From contig CM120643.1 in NCBI GenBank assembly GCA_051362555.1, forward strand, positions 23,130,848 to 23,194,847: a DNA stretch of 64,000 nucleotides, in the 5' to 3' direction. Shown piece by piece: positions 39,601-53,956 of the stretch (position 1 is its first letter; each line of letters opens with the position of its first letter). Both the position numbers and the translations under genes were made by a program. Origin of the DNA: Lingula anatina. Its lineage: Eukaryota > Animalia > Brachiopoda. A model generated the notes under the pieces. The model had not been told where the DNA came from. It saw only the letters and a list, made by a program, of their open reading frames with translations, and ran no database searches.

Positions 39601-42600
39601 AATTATGTTATATTATGATCTGATGTACTAAATTGTATTTTTTTTTTGCTATTTGTAGGCTTGTCTTGCCTCAGAGATGGTTGTCACTCCCACGCCCTCT
39701 ATAAATGGGAGTGATTACACCTGTAGCAAAGAGTCCAGATATTCCTCACATGAGGCGTAGGTTTATTTAATTAATTAATTCATAACTATTTTTTATCATT
39801 ATATTGCCAAGAATATTAACCAACTTGCAAGAAAGTTAGTGTTGTTTCTGTCACCTTTTAGTTGATATGATATTTTCAAATTGACCCATTAGTCTTAGAC
39901 TATTTATTTTCTTGTGTACAAGATTGAGCAACCCCTTACAAGTGCTTGTTAAGAAAAGTATTTCAGTAAATTCTTCAAAAGTGTCTAGCATTAAAATGCC
40001 ATCTGATTATAATTGATGCTATCCCATATATTATGGTTGTTCTCTCTTATATTATTACTGTTATGTTCCCATAGGTTTGTCTGGGAGGACACCTTGAGAG
40101 ATAACCTGCTGAACTTTGCAGCCACACCCAAGGGTCTCCTGCTGCTACAGCAGACTGGTGCCATAGATGAGTGTGTGGAGTATATGTATGCCAGATATGA
40201 GAAGAAGTTACAGGTAGGCTGGAGAGTTTTGAGTCATCCAGGCTTGAGTACAAATTATTTGATGTTAGTTCTACTAATAGAAGTTTATGAAATAGTCAAA
40301 AAGTTTTGATATTGTATGACATTTTAAGTTCTTGTAAAAAAAATAAAGATTCAGTGATTGGAATTTTGTAACTGGCTGAACTAGATTTCAGTATTGTCTA
40401 GTTTAGATTCCAATAAGATTTGTTAATATACCTGGACCTGAATTTTGACTGTGACATCTGTCATTTTATCAATCTGAAATAATTTTTTAATACCAATTCA
40501 GCTGAGCAAATATGAGAAGTTTGGCTATGGCACTATGATGACCCAGGTGGCAGCCACAGCCCCAGGAATGATGGCACTGCAAAACACAGGTATTTATCTT
40601 TCACAGTAAAATTAAACTTGATGTAATTATGAAAAGCAAAGCCTGTAAAAAGTATACTAGTTGATACTGAAACACCAAAGAAAAAAAAATCCAATTTTTT
40701 ATACTGATTTCCAGGATTTATCAAGGCCATGGTGAATGAGCTGTGGAGTGTGTTAGAGTGTGGGTCAGATGACAGGACTGTGTTCACACCCAAGACCTGG
40801 CCTGTTGAACCCATTGACAGGTTTGCACACAAGGTAAGGAAGACAATTTAATTGATTTTATATGCAAATTCATTTGTTTAGATGGAGTTTGCAACATTCA
40901 GATTTTCAAACAATTAAATATTCAATTACAATGTGTTTACTTAATAAAACATTCACAATTATGTAGATTTCTGACGTCTTTTTCTCTGTCATTGGCAAAA
41001 AATGCTTAAAAAGATTTTTTTTTAATTGTAAAAAAATAAATGAATAAAATAAAATAAAAAAGGAAGAAACATAACATGTGGACAGGAATTTAAGGCATCA
41101 TTCGTAATTCTTCAGAATACTTATTTCTGTTTCCAGTCCTTAATCCGAATGCTGAACATTCTTAGTGCATTTCCTGCAGTGTATGAGGTGTTATGTGACA
41201 AGACTCTGCCAGTGAGAGAGAGCTACAGCCTCAGAGAAATGCCTAATACAATACTGGTGAGACACAATGATTGAATACCGTCTTATTTATCTGTTTGTTT
41301 GTTTACTTAATTGCTAATTTACTTTGGTGAGACAGTGACCTAATGCTGTCTTTTTTTAAAAAATGATTGATTGTTTAATTAATTAATTAATTAATTTGTT
41401 TAAAAAGTTTGTGGTACCGTTGTTATATTTCATCATCAGGAACGTGTGTCATATTTTTAATGGAAGATGATCTTATGTATAAGGGATTTAATACCGTAGC
41501 ATATTTCAAGAACAGTGGACACAAATGGAGTGCATTTCGCCTGCATGCATGTCATGTGTGAAGTGTGTTATTCCATACCTGGCATTGGGGACATAAAGCT
41601 CAACTTCTGCAGTTACACTGTAGTATAAGTCAACTACACACCACTTGTTGGCCAGGTTCATGTAATATCCACAGACTTATGATGCATCTATGACTCAGTT
41701 GGTCTTTGAGTCGCAGAAGCAGATAGAGAAGAGCTGCGTAATATATATTTGTAGCATTGGTCAGTGCATTGGCCAGTATGTTGGTCAGTATATTCTGTCC
41801 TTGAAATTTCTTCTCTCTTTTCCAGGAAGTACTAGACAGACTAGTTCTGGTGGACACAGATGCAAAGATACACTCTCTCTTCAACTATGAGCAGTCACAT
41901 GTTTTTGGACTCAGGTATACTGTTGTATTTTTTTTAGCTAAGAAGAGTCTAGAAGTATTGTGATGTATGACTAGAAGAACTTATATTTTGCCAAAAATTG
42001 GGCAGAGTTATTGAATTTTCTTTCATATTAAAAAAGTAGACTGCTTTTCCCAGTGCACTAATGAAATGTAATTTGTGCAGTTATGAAAAAACATTGTTGG
42101 TTGTGTAGCAATTTTACATGATGGCAAATAGTAGAATCATATAAAACATTACAATTAATTTTGATATTTTACTTTAAATTCATAAATTTTAATTTCCATG
42201 AGTATTGAACATAATAACCATTTCTGTCTGTGGTACATGTTCCAATGAGTAATTTTAAACACACTTATATGGAATAATTCCAAGAGTGCTTTCTTCGAAT
42301 GCAAGTTTGCTGTTGTAATTAGAAGTTTAAATTTGACATTAAATTTGTGCCTTTTTATACTCAGTCCATGTTATTCTTCTTCTTCAGGTTACTGAGCTCT
42401 ATGTTTTCATGTCTGGACACATTTCTGTTGCTGCAAACACAGTACAGAGTACAAGATGTACTGTTAGCCTGCCAAGAGAATAACACAGTGGATGTAGGGT
42501 AGGGTAACACTGTTATATTATAACATTGTAATTGGTATTTGTTAACATTATAAACACAGTACAGAGTACAAGATGTACTGTTAGCCTGCCAAGAAAATAA

Positions 42601-45478
42601 CACAGTGGATGTAGGGTAGGGTTTCATTGTTATCATTTTTGCTACATTTTAATTGGTATTTGTTAATAGTATTAACACAATACAATGTTAAAAACAGTGG
42701 ATGTAGGCTAGAGTAACATTGTTATTATATTGTAACATTGCTATTGATAGTTGATAGTTGTTGGTGTAAAGTTGTAGAGTCCAGGAGATTAACACAGTGA
42801 CACTGGAGTAACAAGATGACATTAAATCAATTTAAAATGCTGTTTTAAGTGTGGTTGGTTGAGGACATCTTATTATGTATTAAACTACAACTATGCCACC
42901 TTTCAATTTGGATTAAAGATGAAATTTGTATTAACAAATAATGCACATTGTTGAAGATGTTTAAAGTCACGAGTACATCTTTAAGTCTTAAAATATTATT
43001 TCCCTCTTATAGGTTGTACTGTAAAATCGTTTTCTTATGTTCCAGTGGAGACATCATTGTCGATATGCTGTCTATAGAAAGAAACTACTTGCTGGTCAAG
43101 TCCTATCTTATTGGTGGACCCACAGAAAGGGTCATTCCACCAAAGGTCTTATCAGTAAGTGACAAACACTGAGATCTGGACTTGTATTATAATAAATGGC
43201 TTTTGAATTTTTGAAGCAAAGTACATGGTCACCAATACTAATAATATTGAAGATTTTGTAATTTTACCTCTGGTTGTCATTTATTATAATTTGAACTGAT
43301 TTTGATAGCTGTTTGATGATATTGATTCAATCATTCAAGTTGCTTAAGTTTCATCCAAAGCATATTGACATTGTTTTGGAGTTGAAAGTAAGTAGTACTA
43401 CGTTTTGTGTTTCAACAAATGTCAGTAAACTTTAACTTCTGTTTTCATTCCAGGATAAAGGCGATGCCTTTCCCTATCCCATGTTCTCCTCTTACCCTGT
43501 TCCACGAGAGTACACACCTAACATTGCAGGGAGGTCTGTTATGAAACAAGGTAAGGCCAGGGTCTTTCCTAGCATAGTGCATTAACTGCCTTACATTAAA
43601 TATACCATTGAGGAGAGCAGGGTGGCTTTAGAAATATAAAAAACTTGAAGTTTATTTTTATTGGCTTTAGTTGAATTATTATCTCATTATTTAATTAGTC
43701 ATGGAAGTATATAAAATAATTGAATTTAAGCTTGAAATGAAACTAGAAATAAAATGCTTTTGATGGGGGTCATCACTTGGTTTAGAATAAAGCTGCTTGC
43801 TATGGAGATGGTGCCCTTTTTATTACAGCAAACTTTCTGGATACATTAAATACAAATGGGCCAGGTATGATTTCACGCGTGCGTGCACATGTATTTCCTG
43901 GGTACACTCACGTGCATTTGGTGCAATCGTTGGTCACTGAGTTATAATATTCACAAGCATGGTTTGAAGTGAAACACAGTTTGTACTGATAACTATACTT
44001 TGCATGCACTGTGTAATTTGTGTTATGTGTGACAGTGAGAAATGTGTTATGTGTAACAGTGAAAATAGTGATAAGGGTGATAGTTGTGACAGTGATAAAT
44101 GTGTTAGGTGTGACAGTGATGAATGTGCTAGATGTGACAAAGATGTGTGACAGATATATGTGTAAGGTGTGACAAAAATGTGTTAGCCATGGTTAAGCAT
44201 AGTACATAAAGTACTGGTTGAATTGGCAAAGTTGACCTAATTGTAAACTTATTAATAAACTGATGACATTAAAGATACAAGAACAACATCAGTCCACCAC
44301 TTTCAATTTCAATGATTTTAAGCTTCTCAGTCAGGTGGAACCCAGCTGAGCTACAGTATTATTTTAGGTATAAATATACATTTAAGTGGTATGATTGAGG
44401 TGTGTTGAGTTGTTGCAGAAAGGACATGTTGAATTCTCACATAATGGACGATTCTAACACCTGTACTTTTTTTATCCTTGGGTCAAAATGTAAATCTTTT
44501 TGTGTTTGGAGCACTGACTTTGACACAAATTCTTCCTTGCATGCACTTTGTTATCTCTTAGTTGGATTTTTATTTCAGGGACATCTTTTGAACAGTGTCT
44601 GACTTTTAAAGAGAAAATCAAACAGTTTATTTCAAGTGAACATTATATGATGAGCACTGGTTTACAAAGTCAAATATCAGAGAAAAAAGGCCATATTTAT
44701 TTTTAATGAAAGTTAGTGATGTTTCAATAATTAATCAGAAGTTTGACTGAAATTTATCAAACTAAAATATGATTTGAAATTCTTCTGACTATTTTATGCA
44801 TAAATTGTTGTTTTTTCAGCATTGGTCAAACTGCTGACAAATATCTACGTTCAAAGCTGTGATATTATCGTCATCATCAATCAGTACAATTAAGTTTAAA
44901 TTTCTAATCATTAGTTATGAGCAAAATGAAAATATTATCATAATAATGCATTTCATAGTAAATATCCTCTATGTGTTTCTTATTTCTTTTAATTACTAAC
45001 CTTCAGAAAATGAACTGAGTCGCTTCTTGGTGGACACCAAAGGTCAGCAGCATGACCAGTCCTGGCTGGACAAGTGTAGGAAGACCTTCTGTACTATACT
45101 GACCACAAAGCCAGAGCAGGCCAAGGGAAATGGTTAGTCTGGGGCCAGTTTCGTGAAAGAACTGATTTAATTTGTTACAACCTAAGATCAAGTGTTGTAG
45201 TTGACTTCAATCCAGAATTTAACTGCAGTATCCCATTACGTAATATAAAGCAGTTACTGAACTGAAAAACAAGACTCCCTTGTTGGTTGGGGTGGGGTGG
45301 GTGGTGGTGGGGAGCAGGTTTGTCCTTAATCTGTAATAAAATGTGACAATATTTTTCATATTTTTCATTCTAGTTTTACAAAACATGTTGGAGGAAGTAA
45401 CTCCAGTGCTGGCAGATACACCAGAGGAGGCACTTTTCCCACTCATAGAATATTCAGGTGAGTCATACAAACACAGTT

Positions 45479-45515
<37 letters not shown>

Positions 45516-48500
45516 AAAAATGTACTATAATCATTGAAGATGCTGATAGAGAGTTCATTTATAAAAGGTGATTCAGAAGTTGATCAGCAGTCAGTCAGAA
45601 TAATGCTGCTGTAGAAATGAATGCTTTTCAATTTTCAAAGTTACTATTTATGATAGAAGAATACATAAAAAACGTAATGACAAGTGTCAGAATACTATGT
45701 ATTTGAACTAACTTATGATTATAAAGGGGGATACTTGTTATAATACTGTTGATAGAAAATATGATTAATATGTATTATGCTTCATGAGATGATCCAGGGG
45801 CACACTTAAATGGCCTATTCCATGTCTATGTAATAGTTCAAATCTAAAGAAATAAGGTTTAGTTAAATGCCTTTCTGTATCCTTGCATATTGTAGAAAAA
45901 GAGAAAGAAAGTGAGTATTTGATTTTACCCTTAACCCTCATTTTAGTTAACCATTGGTTTCAGGGCATTTGAAGATTTTTATTGAGTTAGATGAATTTTA
46001 TCAAATGCAGTTTATATTGTTTGCATTTTTTTTCTGATTCCTGATGGAACTTTATTATAATCTGTGTTGAAATGAGATCCCTTTGACTGTTATTCTTCAT
46101 TCTACAGGTTTATATTACTGTTGATTTTTAATTTCTATTTATTTCAATCAGTTTAATCTTTCCTTTGAAATGTCAATTTTATTTCATGTTTGGGGCATTT
46201 TTGTCATATTTTGTGTGCTAAAACTATAAACTTTATTCATCTTTTTACACATCAAATATACAATTCCTCAATATATTATAGACCATTTAGAGACATTTCT
46301 GTCAGTAGAAGCTCTTACCTCCTTAAAAACTCCTCGTCCCAAATCTTTTTTTTTTTATCAGTTATTAAATCTATTACCTTTATTTTTAATTGGATTTAAC
46401 CAAATAAACTGGAAGGTTTAAATATCAAGGAGAATGTTGAAAATAACAATAAAAATATATACCAGGTTAGACAGCATTAATAATTTGTATATTTTGTTGT
46501 ATACTTAACTTGGACATCATTGCTAGTTATAATTACTGTTTTTAAATAATAGGGATAATTTTTAAATTTTAAATTACTAAGTAAATAAACTTGGAAATTT
46601 AAAAACAAGCATTTAAAGCTCTTTAAATCTTCAGTTTTACATTGGATTAAAGTAGATTATCTTTGTCATTCCAGGAACAGACAGTGCATTGAGAGGTTAT
46701 CACCTCACCCCCTTACAACAACTGGGAGTGAAGATGGCTGTCAGGTGAATTATTGTATAAATTGTGACCATCATTTGGTAAATTGTGGTGGAAGTGTACT
46801 CATTCTCTTTGACATCAACTAATGGAATCCTTAATCTTACTCTTAAAACATATCATATGATAGGCATAAAAGTAATTTAACCTATTTTTTATCAATCTTG
46901 GAATTAACATAAGCTTTAGTATGAGATTTAATTACAATTCCATCATTATCTGAGTTCACCCTATTATAATATTATATCATTTTCCTCACTGTCAGGTATG
47001 GCATGCACCTGAAGGTCCTGAACTCCAGCCCAGAAGCCACAGAGAATCTCACACAATTACTGAAACAGTGCGGCTACTTCTTGCACCAGCAGCAGAAGTC
47101 TGTAGAATCTAATTTACGTATCCTTTCTATTAGACTGTATATATTTATGTTTTATTTCATACTAGATAATGATGTCTTAATTTTTTCAAGGTGTTTTTTC
47201 TTTTGAGAAAACATGAAGTGATTTTCAAAATATTTCTAATTTTACGTGATGACATTATGTCTCACAGAGGATTACCCTTAGGCTAACATAAAAAAATTAT
47301 AATAAAGTAGAGAATCCACTTTGGTTTGATAAGAATTGTCGCATTATTATTTTTTAATTTATAGAAATTTAAAGCTCAAGAAAAGGGAGCAAAACTAAAT
47401 AATTACAGATACATTTAAAATTTTGTATTTTTTTTTCAACATTGAAGAAATAAAATCAAGAAATTGTTAACTGTATCTTTACATATTTTAGAAAGTAATC
47501 CACTGCCCTTTAATGGGAAGATTAGTTTTAAGTCAATCCAAGTGATAGTAATCCCTTAACATAATCCCCACAGACCTGCTCCAGGGAGATTATCCAGGCT
47601 TTGACTGGTTTGCCTCCACAATCTTCCTTCTCATGAATGGCAACCTAGAGAGGTCCTGGAAGTTTCTGTACCAGTTCTCAACCCTGGTGGCCTCTGGCTA
47701 CTTGTGGATACCACGGTTACACTCCTCTGTAAGTAACTTCGAGTCTGCCCCCTCCTCCCTCACTCCATCACTCCATCAGGGGAAAGAGTGGCATGAAAAG
47801 AAGATCTGAATCATATGCTCCTTATGTTCATTGTCTCTTGTTCTTGGCATCTATATTGTGGTCCTCCCATAACAACTGTAGCCCGTCTGTCCCATTACAT
47901 CTACATATTGTACATGTCATCTGTCACCATTACAACTGTCTCCCTCCACTCCCATTTTAACAAAATCCCACCAGGTATGTTCCATTATGGCAGAGTTCAT
48001 TCCATCTTTATGTGATTGCCCAGTATGAGAATTTTAATTAAAAAATTTCATTCTTTGTTTGATAGAAATTTAAACTAGTCTAGATAGATTAAAATTAATA
48101 CTTTGACTTATTCCAGGTCCATCTTCCTCAGGGTTTGATGAGCAGTGGTATTCCACCTCTCTTCTCCACCACAGGACACAATGTGGAGCTGATCTTACTG
48201 GCTGAGGTGCCTGAGGTCTTCTCTGCCTTCAAAATGTCAGGATACACAGTATCTCAGGTAAAAACACTCAGGCAGGTGTGCCAGTTGATGTACACTCTAC
48301 ACAGATGTGTACACTCTAAATTTCGGATAAAATCATAGCAGTACCTATTAGACTGGAACATTAGACATTATTTGTTTCTTGTTATCAAACATATGCAATA
48401 TTTCATTTAATTGGGCAATTGAGCAAACTCTTTATGAAAACTGTCCCAGAAGATCTCATTGGTGGGTTTTCTGGCTGGTCTATAACCCTCCAATCATTAT

Positions 48501-48772
48501 CCTGACAGATTATTTCAGATTTTTCACAAAGATGATGACTTACATTTTCAAATTGTCTAGTAACATAATGATATGACATTTCAGATTGTTCAGCACTGGC
48601 TGCGTCAGTGTTTCTGGAATTTCTTGGACTGGCTTGACATCACCCACTATATCTGCCTGTGTACAGTGATGGGAATAGACTACCAGGTGAGACTCTCAGA
48701 GAGTGAGGTCAAGGTCACAACTAGTAGATGTCCTCAGAGTAGTTCCATCTGTTATCAATAGCTTATAAATGT

Positions 48773-48821
<49 letters not shown>

Positions 48822-49871
48822 TGTGTTTGTCTGGAGGCCTTTAATGTACATTTATAAGAGTAACTTGAATGGAGCCATATGAATATAATCTGCTTATTTA
48901 AATACAAATATATAGAAAAACATAAATCTGAGGTCTTGATTATTTTAATATTGTATTTAGTCAGTTATGTCACAAATAATATTGAAGGCAGACATGCCTT
49001 TCATTATAAGTAGCAATTATATTACTATTTGATACGGATACCTTAAAACATAAACTAAAGCCAGTTTCCTTAACACGTACAATATGAACTTGAAAAGTAA
49101 CTTTAAGACAAAGTGCAAGAATGTATACCTGTTGTTTCAGGTGTATTTGTGTGTGGCCATATTAAAACATATGAAGCAGGAAATCATGCACCATGTGCAG
49201 CAACAGGATCTGGTCATTTTTCTCAAGGTCAGTGTCTTAATCTCTTAGCACTGTATCAGATAGTATAATCTTACCTGTTGTCTACACTAAAAAATAAATT
49301 ATCTAACACTCTTATACCAGTAAGGGTTTCATTTCTGCAGCCTTGTACATTTCAAGTAAGAAGAGAACCTTAAAGGTATAATAACTCTTCGTTTCGTCCA
49401 AAAAATGAATTTTCCTGGAGTAAACAACAATTTTCCCATACTTACCAATGGTAAATGAATCCATTTTTACATTCAAAGTTAGTCCCTGGTTTTTTTCTAA
49501 AAAGTTTGGTTTTTTGTTAAAATCTCTTAAGAGATTTTAACAGAGTATATCCATCAATGGAGGTCACGTGGTCTAAAGACAAGCTCAGATATCAGAAAAA
49601 ATAGCTATAACTGCCGTTTTTGTGGTAAAACAGAATATATTACATTTCTGTGAGTTATTCACAATGTTTTTATTGTGAAATATAGATCTCATACGAAGAG
49701 TTATTATCCCTTAAAGCATTAAAATTGCTATGTATGACTGTCTCCTTTTTGTTCTAGGAGGAACCAATCCAAGGATTTCGTGTTGGAGAGCACCTAGAAT
49801 TTATGCAACAGCTGGAGAAGAAATTCAGGAAAACCATATTTTTGGACATGCAGAGTATCACAAAGCCTTGA
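27254..49871 (+). CDS. TBC1D32: Protein broad-minded (TBC1 domain family member 32), about 32 coding exons (e.g. 27254-27390, 27696-28038, 30258-30460, 33715-33849, 39263-39463, 40075-40213, 43046-43154, 47573-47728, 48585-48686, 49758-49871)
   Basis: Recognisable segments: [131 protein letters not shown]. Stop TGA at 49869-49871. Confidence 0.93.
35940..38921 (-). pseudogene. Kolobok transposase remnant (stops and frameshifts)
   Basis: [24 protein letters not shown] then donor gtgagt (38717); acidic segment [14 protein letters not shown] (37720-37795); [15 protein letters not shown] (~36805-36850); HPFAW..GDNLL/SAILMG (~36140-36230). These resemble remembered Kolobok transposase N-terminal motifs. 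Confidence 0.55.
37001..37572 (-). mobile_element. 5'-truncated non-LTR retrotransposon (L2/Daphne/Crack-like ORF2 C-terminus) nested in the Kolobok element
   Basis: Translation [52 protein letters not shown] with an internal stop; ends in AATAAA plus a (TTA)n tail. Confidence 0.8.
42435..42720 (+). repeat. ~117-bp tandem duplication covering the 3' half and donor site of a TBC1D32 exon
   Basis: aaacacagtacagagtacaagatg...cacagtggatgtagggtaggg at 42435 and 42552; degenerate third copy ~42675-42720. Confidence 0.88.
44015..44187. repeat. Intronic minisatellite (~22-bp unit gtgtgacagtga.aaatgtgtta)
   Basis: About 7-8 degenerate units visible. Confidence 0.75.
49374..49710. mobile_element. ~340-bp TTAA-flanked non-autonomous element (Kolobok-type MITE), copy 1
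   Basis: TTAA-aggtataataactcttcgt ... acgaagagttattatccc-TTAA; highly similar copy at 63514-63860. Confidence 0.85.
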
Positions 49872-51604
49872 GAAAATAAAGTTACAGAGCGTTGATCACT
49901 TGACTGAAAATGGATTTGGCATAAGAATCGAGTTAAAATGAAAACAGAGTTGACTATATTTAAAGTTTGATTGGTTTGAGTCTTTAAGTCTTTGTCAGTT
50001 TTTTTTTATCCTGGTTGTTAATTAATTGTCAGTATTATAATTTTGTTTCAATTTAAGATGTTGAAGTATAGATGTTCTATACAGTATAGGTTCCCAATTT
50101 GAGAATATGAAAAACACAAGCACAAGCGCAGATTTCTAATACAGGTCAACAACTTGGGGTATATAAATTTATTATAGTTCTCCTCATGATGTTTATATAA
50201 TATTATGCAGGTGAAGGCATATAGGAGAAGTTAGATGGATTTTCTGTGTGACAATCCTGTGCAGTATGCAGTGGTTGATATAATGAACGTCTTGTATTCT
50301 GTGCTGATAAGAGTGTCATGTTCCATTATTTACACTGTAAAATTGAACTGGTGGCAGTCATTTGCTGCGTATTGTGCCATGCATGGGACTCTGTCAATAG
50401 GAAGTATGGTAGTTTTGGTTATTATTATTTTGAATGATGATTAGGTATAGCCTAAGGTGACCTCTTCAGCAATGAATGTTGGTGAAAATTATTAGCAGAA
50501 GAGAAAATTTGTGTGAATTGATATGTGATTAAAAAAGAAAAGCTTATAACTAGCTTGTGATAGCTGAAAATAGTCTGACCCGAAAATAGCATAAGCAGTG
50601 AAGTTAGTTCTAGACAATTTAATTCCTTTTGCTGCACTATTAAAGGTTGTATTCATATTTGTTGTGCTTGAATTTGTTTCATTATCATATAAAGAAGATT
50701 GAATCTTTTCTTTTTAGTTTACATAATTTTGATTTTTAGCTGTATGTTATTATGGCTGTTGTGCAGCCTATTAAATATGTCATTCCGTCCAGTAAACTTA
50801 TTTTTTAAATGTGCAGTCGTCACAATATGAAAACATAATAAATACAAAACATTGAAATATTGTTCTTCGTATGTGTGCGTGTTGAATAATACAAATCTTG
50901 ACGGACAAATATATATTTTTTTAAGACCTTAGAAACTACATGTAGGTCCCAGGTTAAAACTTGTCCACTTTCAATATTCCTAAAGTGGATAAATTTTTCA
51001 TAAATTAAATGTAAGGCAAAATGGAAACTAATCACTCATAATTCCAAATATTTTTCAAATTTTATAAAGACCCCATATATTGAGTTTAGAACGGAATTTG
51101 AGGTCCTGACAACAATATTTGTCATAAGGGTACGGTTCAGGTTATACGGCACTTCCGGCCTTCCTTGTTTAGCAAGTTTGAATCAAGAAGATTTGCATAT
51201 AAGAGAAAAATGAGTTTATTTTTCAATTTTGGATCATTTGAAAATTTTGAAATAAATTTCAGAAATAAATTTGTTCATTTACCTTTAATTTGATGTGTTA
51301 TTTTACATATCAGAGTGAAATTTTACTGCCTGGGGCCAGTTTTACATGCCCTCCCTTCTGCTGCATTTTAGTGCTTATTTTGGCTGACTGGCGGCAGCAC
51401 CTTACGGGTCATGTCATGTCACTGGCAAGCTATGCCATTAATGTACCCTGATTTTTTAATATTGTTTAGGCCTTGAGTAGAAGTATTTAAACCTGAAGTG
51501 TTGTGTTTGTTGATGCATGGGAAATATTTTTAAGAGAATTAAACGTTACAATGGAAGTGAATGGGATTTTTAATAGTGGTTTGTAACCTTCAGCCCCGAA
51601 TCAC

Positions 51605-53956
51605 ATGACAGTCACGTGGGACAAAATGGCCGAAGACTACGGTGTTGTCCGCCTGAACTTTTTTAACAAGATCGCTGTGATTCGTTTGGTAAATGGAGAT
51701 AACAAAATTAACGGAAGATTTGTCCAATCCCTCAATAAAGCACTTGATTCAGTCGAGGGGTTAGTACTGCTTAATATAATCAAAGTAAATAAGACGGCGG
51801 CGTTTTCGATTTGGCTTGCCATTATCATGTACAGGTACTTGGCTTGCCATTTATCATGCATCCCATGTACATGTACTAGTACACGGTACTTAGCAGTTTA
51901 ATAAATAGTAAAAACTAATGTAAAGTTGAAAATTCAAGGTACAAGTGTCAGTATTGTGTGTGCATTTCGTTATGAAGTTGAAGTGACTAGCGATCATGGG
52001 GGGGGGGGGGGGGGGGAGGGGATACAAGTACAGTAGACCTACCTTGATATTGCAAAATGCACAACTAATTTTTTTTATGATTGTTTTAAAGCTAAGATAT
52101 GAAAATTGCATCCATGCTGAATAAAACCTAGATTAACTGACGATGCAGTTTTCATATCCCCCTAAATAATAGTTAGTTTAATATAAGGTTTAGTGTAGCC
52201 TATTCTAGTTGAATCAGTTTTATTTATTTATTTATTTATTTTTATTTATTTATTTATTATTATTATTTTTTTTGTTATCCCTATATTGATCTTTATTGAG
52301 TAGTACTTGTACTTTCCCTGCTTTAGTCTAGACATTATATAATGTATATCAAACTGTATATGGTAATCACTCTGCGGATTACTTCTTGTATTTGTATTTG
52401 ATCATGCCCAGATGTAGGGCGATTGTCAATAAACTTCTGAATCTGAATCCTACATGTCAAAATTTACGAAAACGATTAAAACTTACCAATAAATGTTTCT
52501 TTTTCAGTAACCCTAACATCAAAGCTCTAGTAACCACAGGGGAAGGTAAATTCTACAGTAACGGCCTGGACGTCCAATGGTTCTCTTCAATCGATGAAAG
52601 GACATATATAAAGTTCTTTCAAGATCTTCATGATATCCTGGCTCGACTGCTAACATTTCCCATGCCCACTGTAGCGGCATTAAACGGTAAGCACTGACAC
52701 CCAGGCAGGGTTCGATAACATTGCAATACATCATGTACTGAAGCAGTGGTGGACCTGGGGGGAGGCGGGAAGGGGGGGGGGGGGGGGCAGCAGCAACATG
52801 CTTCCCCCATCTAATGTATATGTATCTTCATAGGTCTTAATTCTTTTGCTGCGGTTTTGGCTTTACTGGTACATGCTAGGTTGGAAAGGTCGCATAATTA
52901 ACACCCCACTGTTAAAAAAATCCTCTCGAGGCCACAAATATACACATCAGTTACACCTTGTAGTTAACCATTGGCAGTTTAAGTCCTTTTGTATCGGTTC
53001 ATGCATTATATTAGTTTGAATCTACAGTTTTAGTTTTTTTATCTTTCTATCTTTTTGTATCAGTCAGATGTCGGCATCCGTGTCCTCAGTTGTAGTTAGC
53101 AATGCAATTTTTGAACTACCGGGTATTTTCCCCAGGCATTTATTTTATCTTGTTCTTATATCCCGCCCCAGGTCATGCCTTTGCAGGCGGCGGTATCCTA
53201 GCCCTGTGTCATGACTACCGCACAATGCGGACAGGAGCCGGCTGGCTGTGCCTTAATGAAGTCCATATCAAACTGAGATTCTCAGAATTTATAATGGGCT
53301 TACTGAAGTAAGTTTGAAAGAATGTCATTATAAAAAAGGTACCTACCAACAAAATTTCAGTGTATGGGACACCCCGCGTTTCATAAGAGACTGCATACTC
53401 AGTGTGATAACAGATGGCAGTCAATGCTTTGTTGACCATTATGGACTACAAGAGTTATGGATTAGAAAAAAAAAATAGAAAGTTTACGTACATATTATGT
53501 TGGCTATCCATTGAGTACCTTTGATATTGATTGTGTATTAAGAAAATTAATCAGTTAATTTGGCGCATTGTCATGACCTATATGTTTCATCTTGATAAGC
53601 AGTATATAAGCTAACTTCTTTTATTTTGATAACTTTTGCAAAACATCTGTGTTAATATTTTCAGATCGAAAATATCTAGCCCAGTCTTAACTGAAGTGGC
53701 CATTCTAGGCAAGCGTTTCACGGCAGAGGCAGCCCTCGAGGCAGGTCTTGTAAAATTAATAACAGGTCCTGAAAAACTGATAGAGAAGTCATTGGAGCTG
53801 GCAAACAGTTTGGTCGGTTCTAAGGGATACGATCGTGTCACTCTTCAAAATATGAAGAAGGATATGCATGCTGCTGTATTAGCAGTGAAGAATAGTGGTA
53901 TAAGAGGGAAGGCGGAATTTGAAGCTGTCAGAAAAAGAAATGCATCTAAATTGTGA
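51605..53956 (+). CDS. Peroxisomal enoyl-CoA delta isomerase (crotonase superfamily); exons 51605-51759, 52508-52686, 53172-53307, 53665-53956
   Basis: [64 protein letters not shown]; C-terminal PTS1 -SKL. Start could be the ATG at 51626. Confidence 0.9.
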
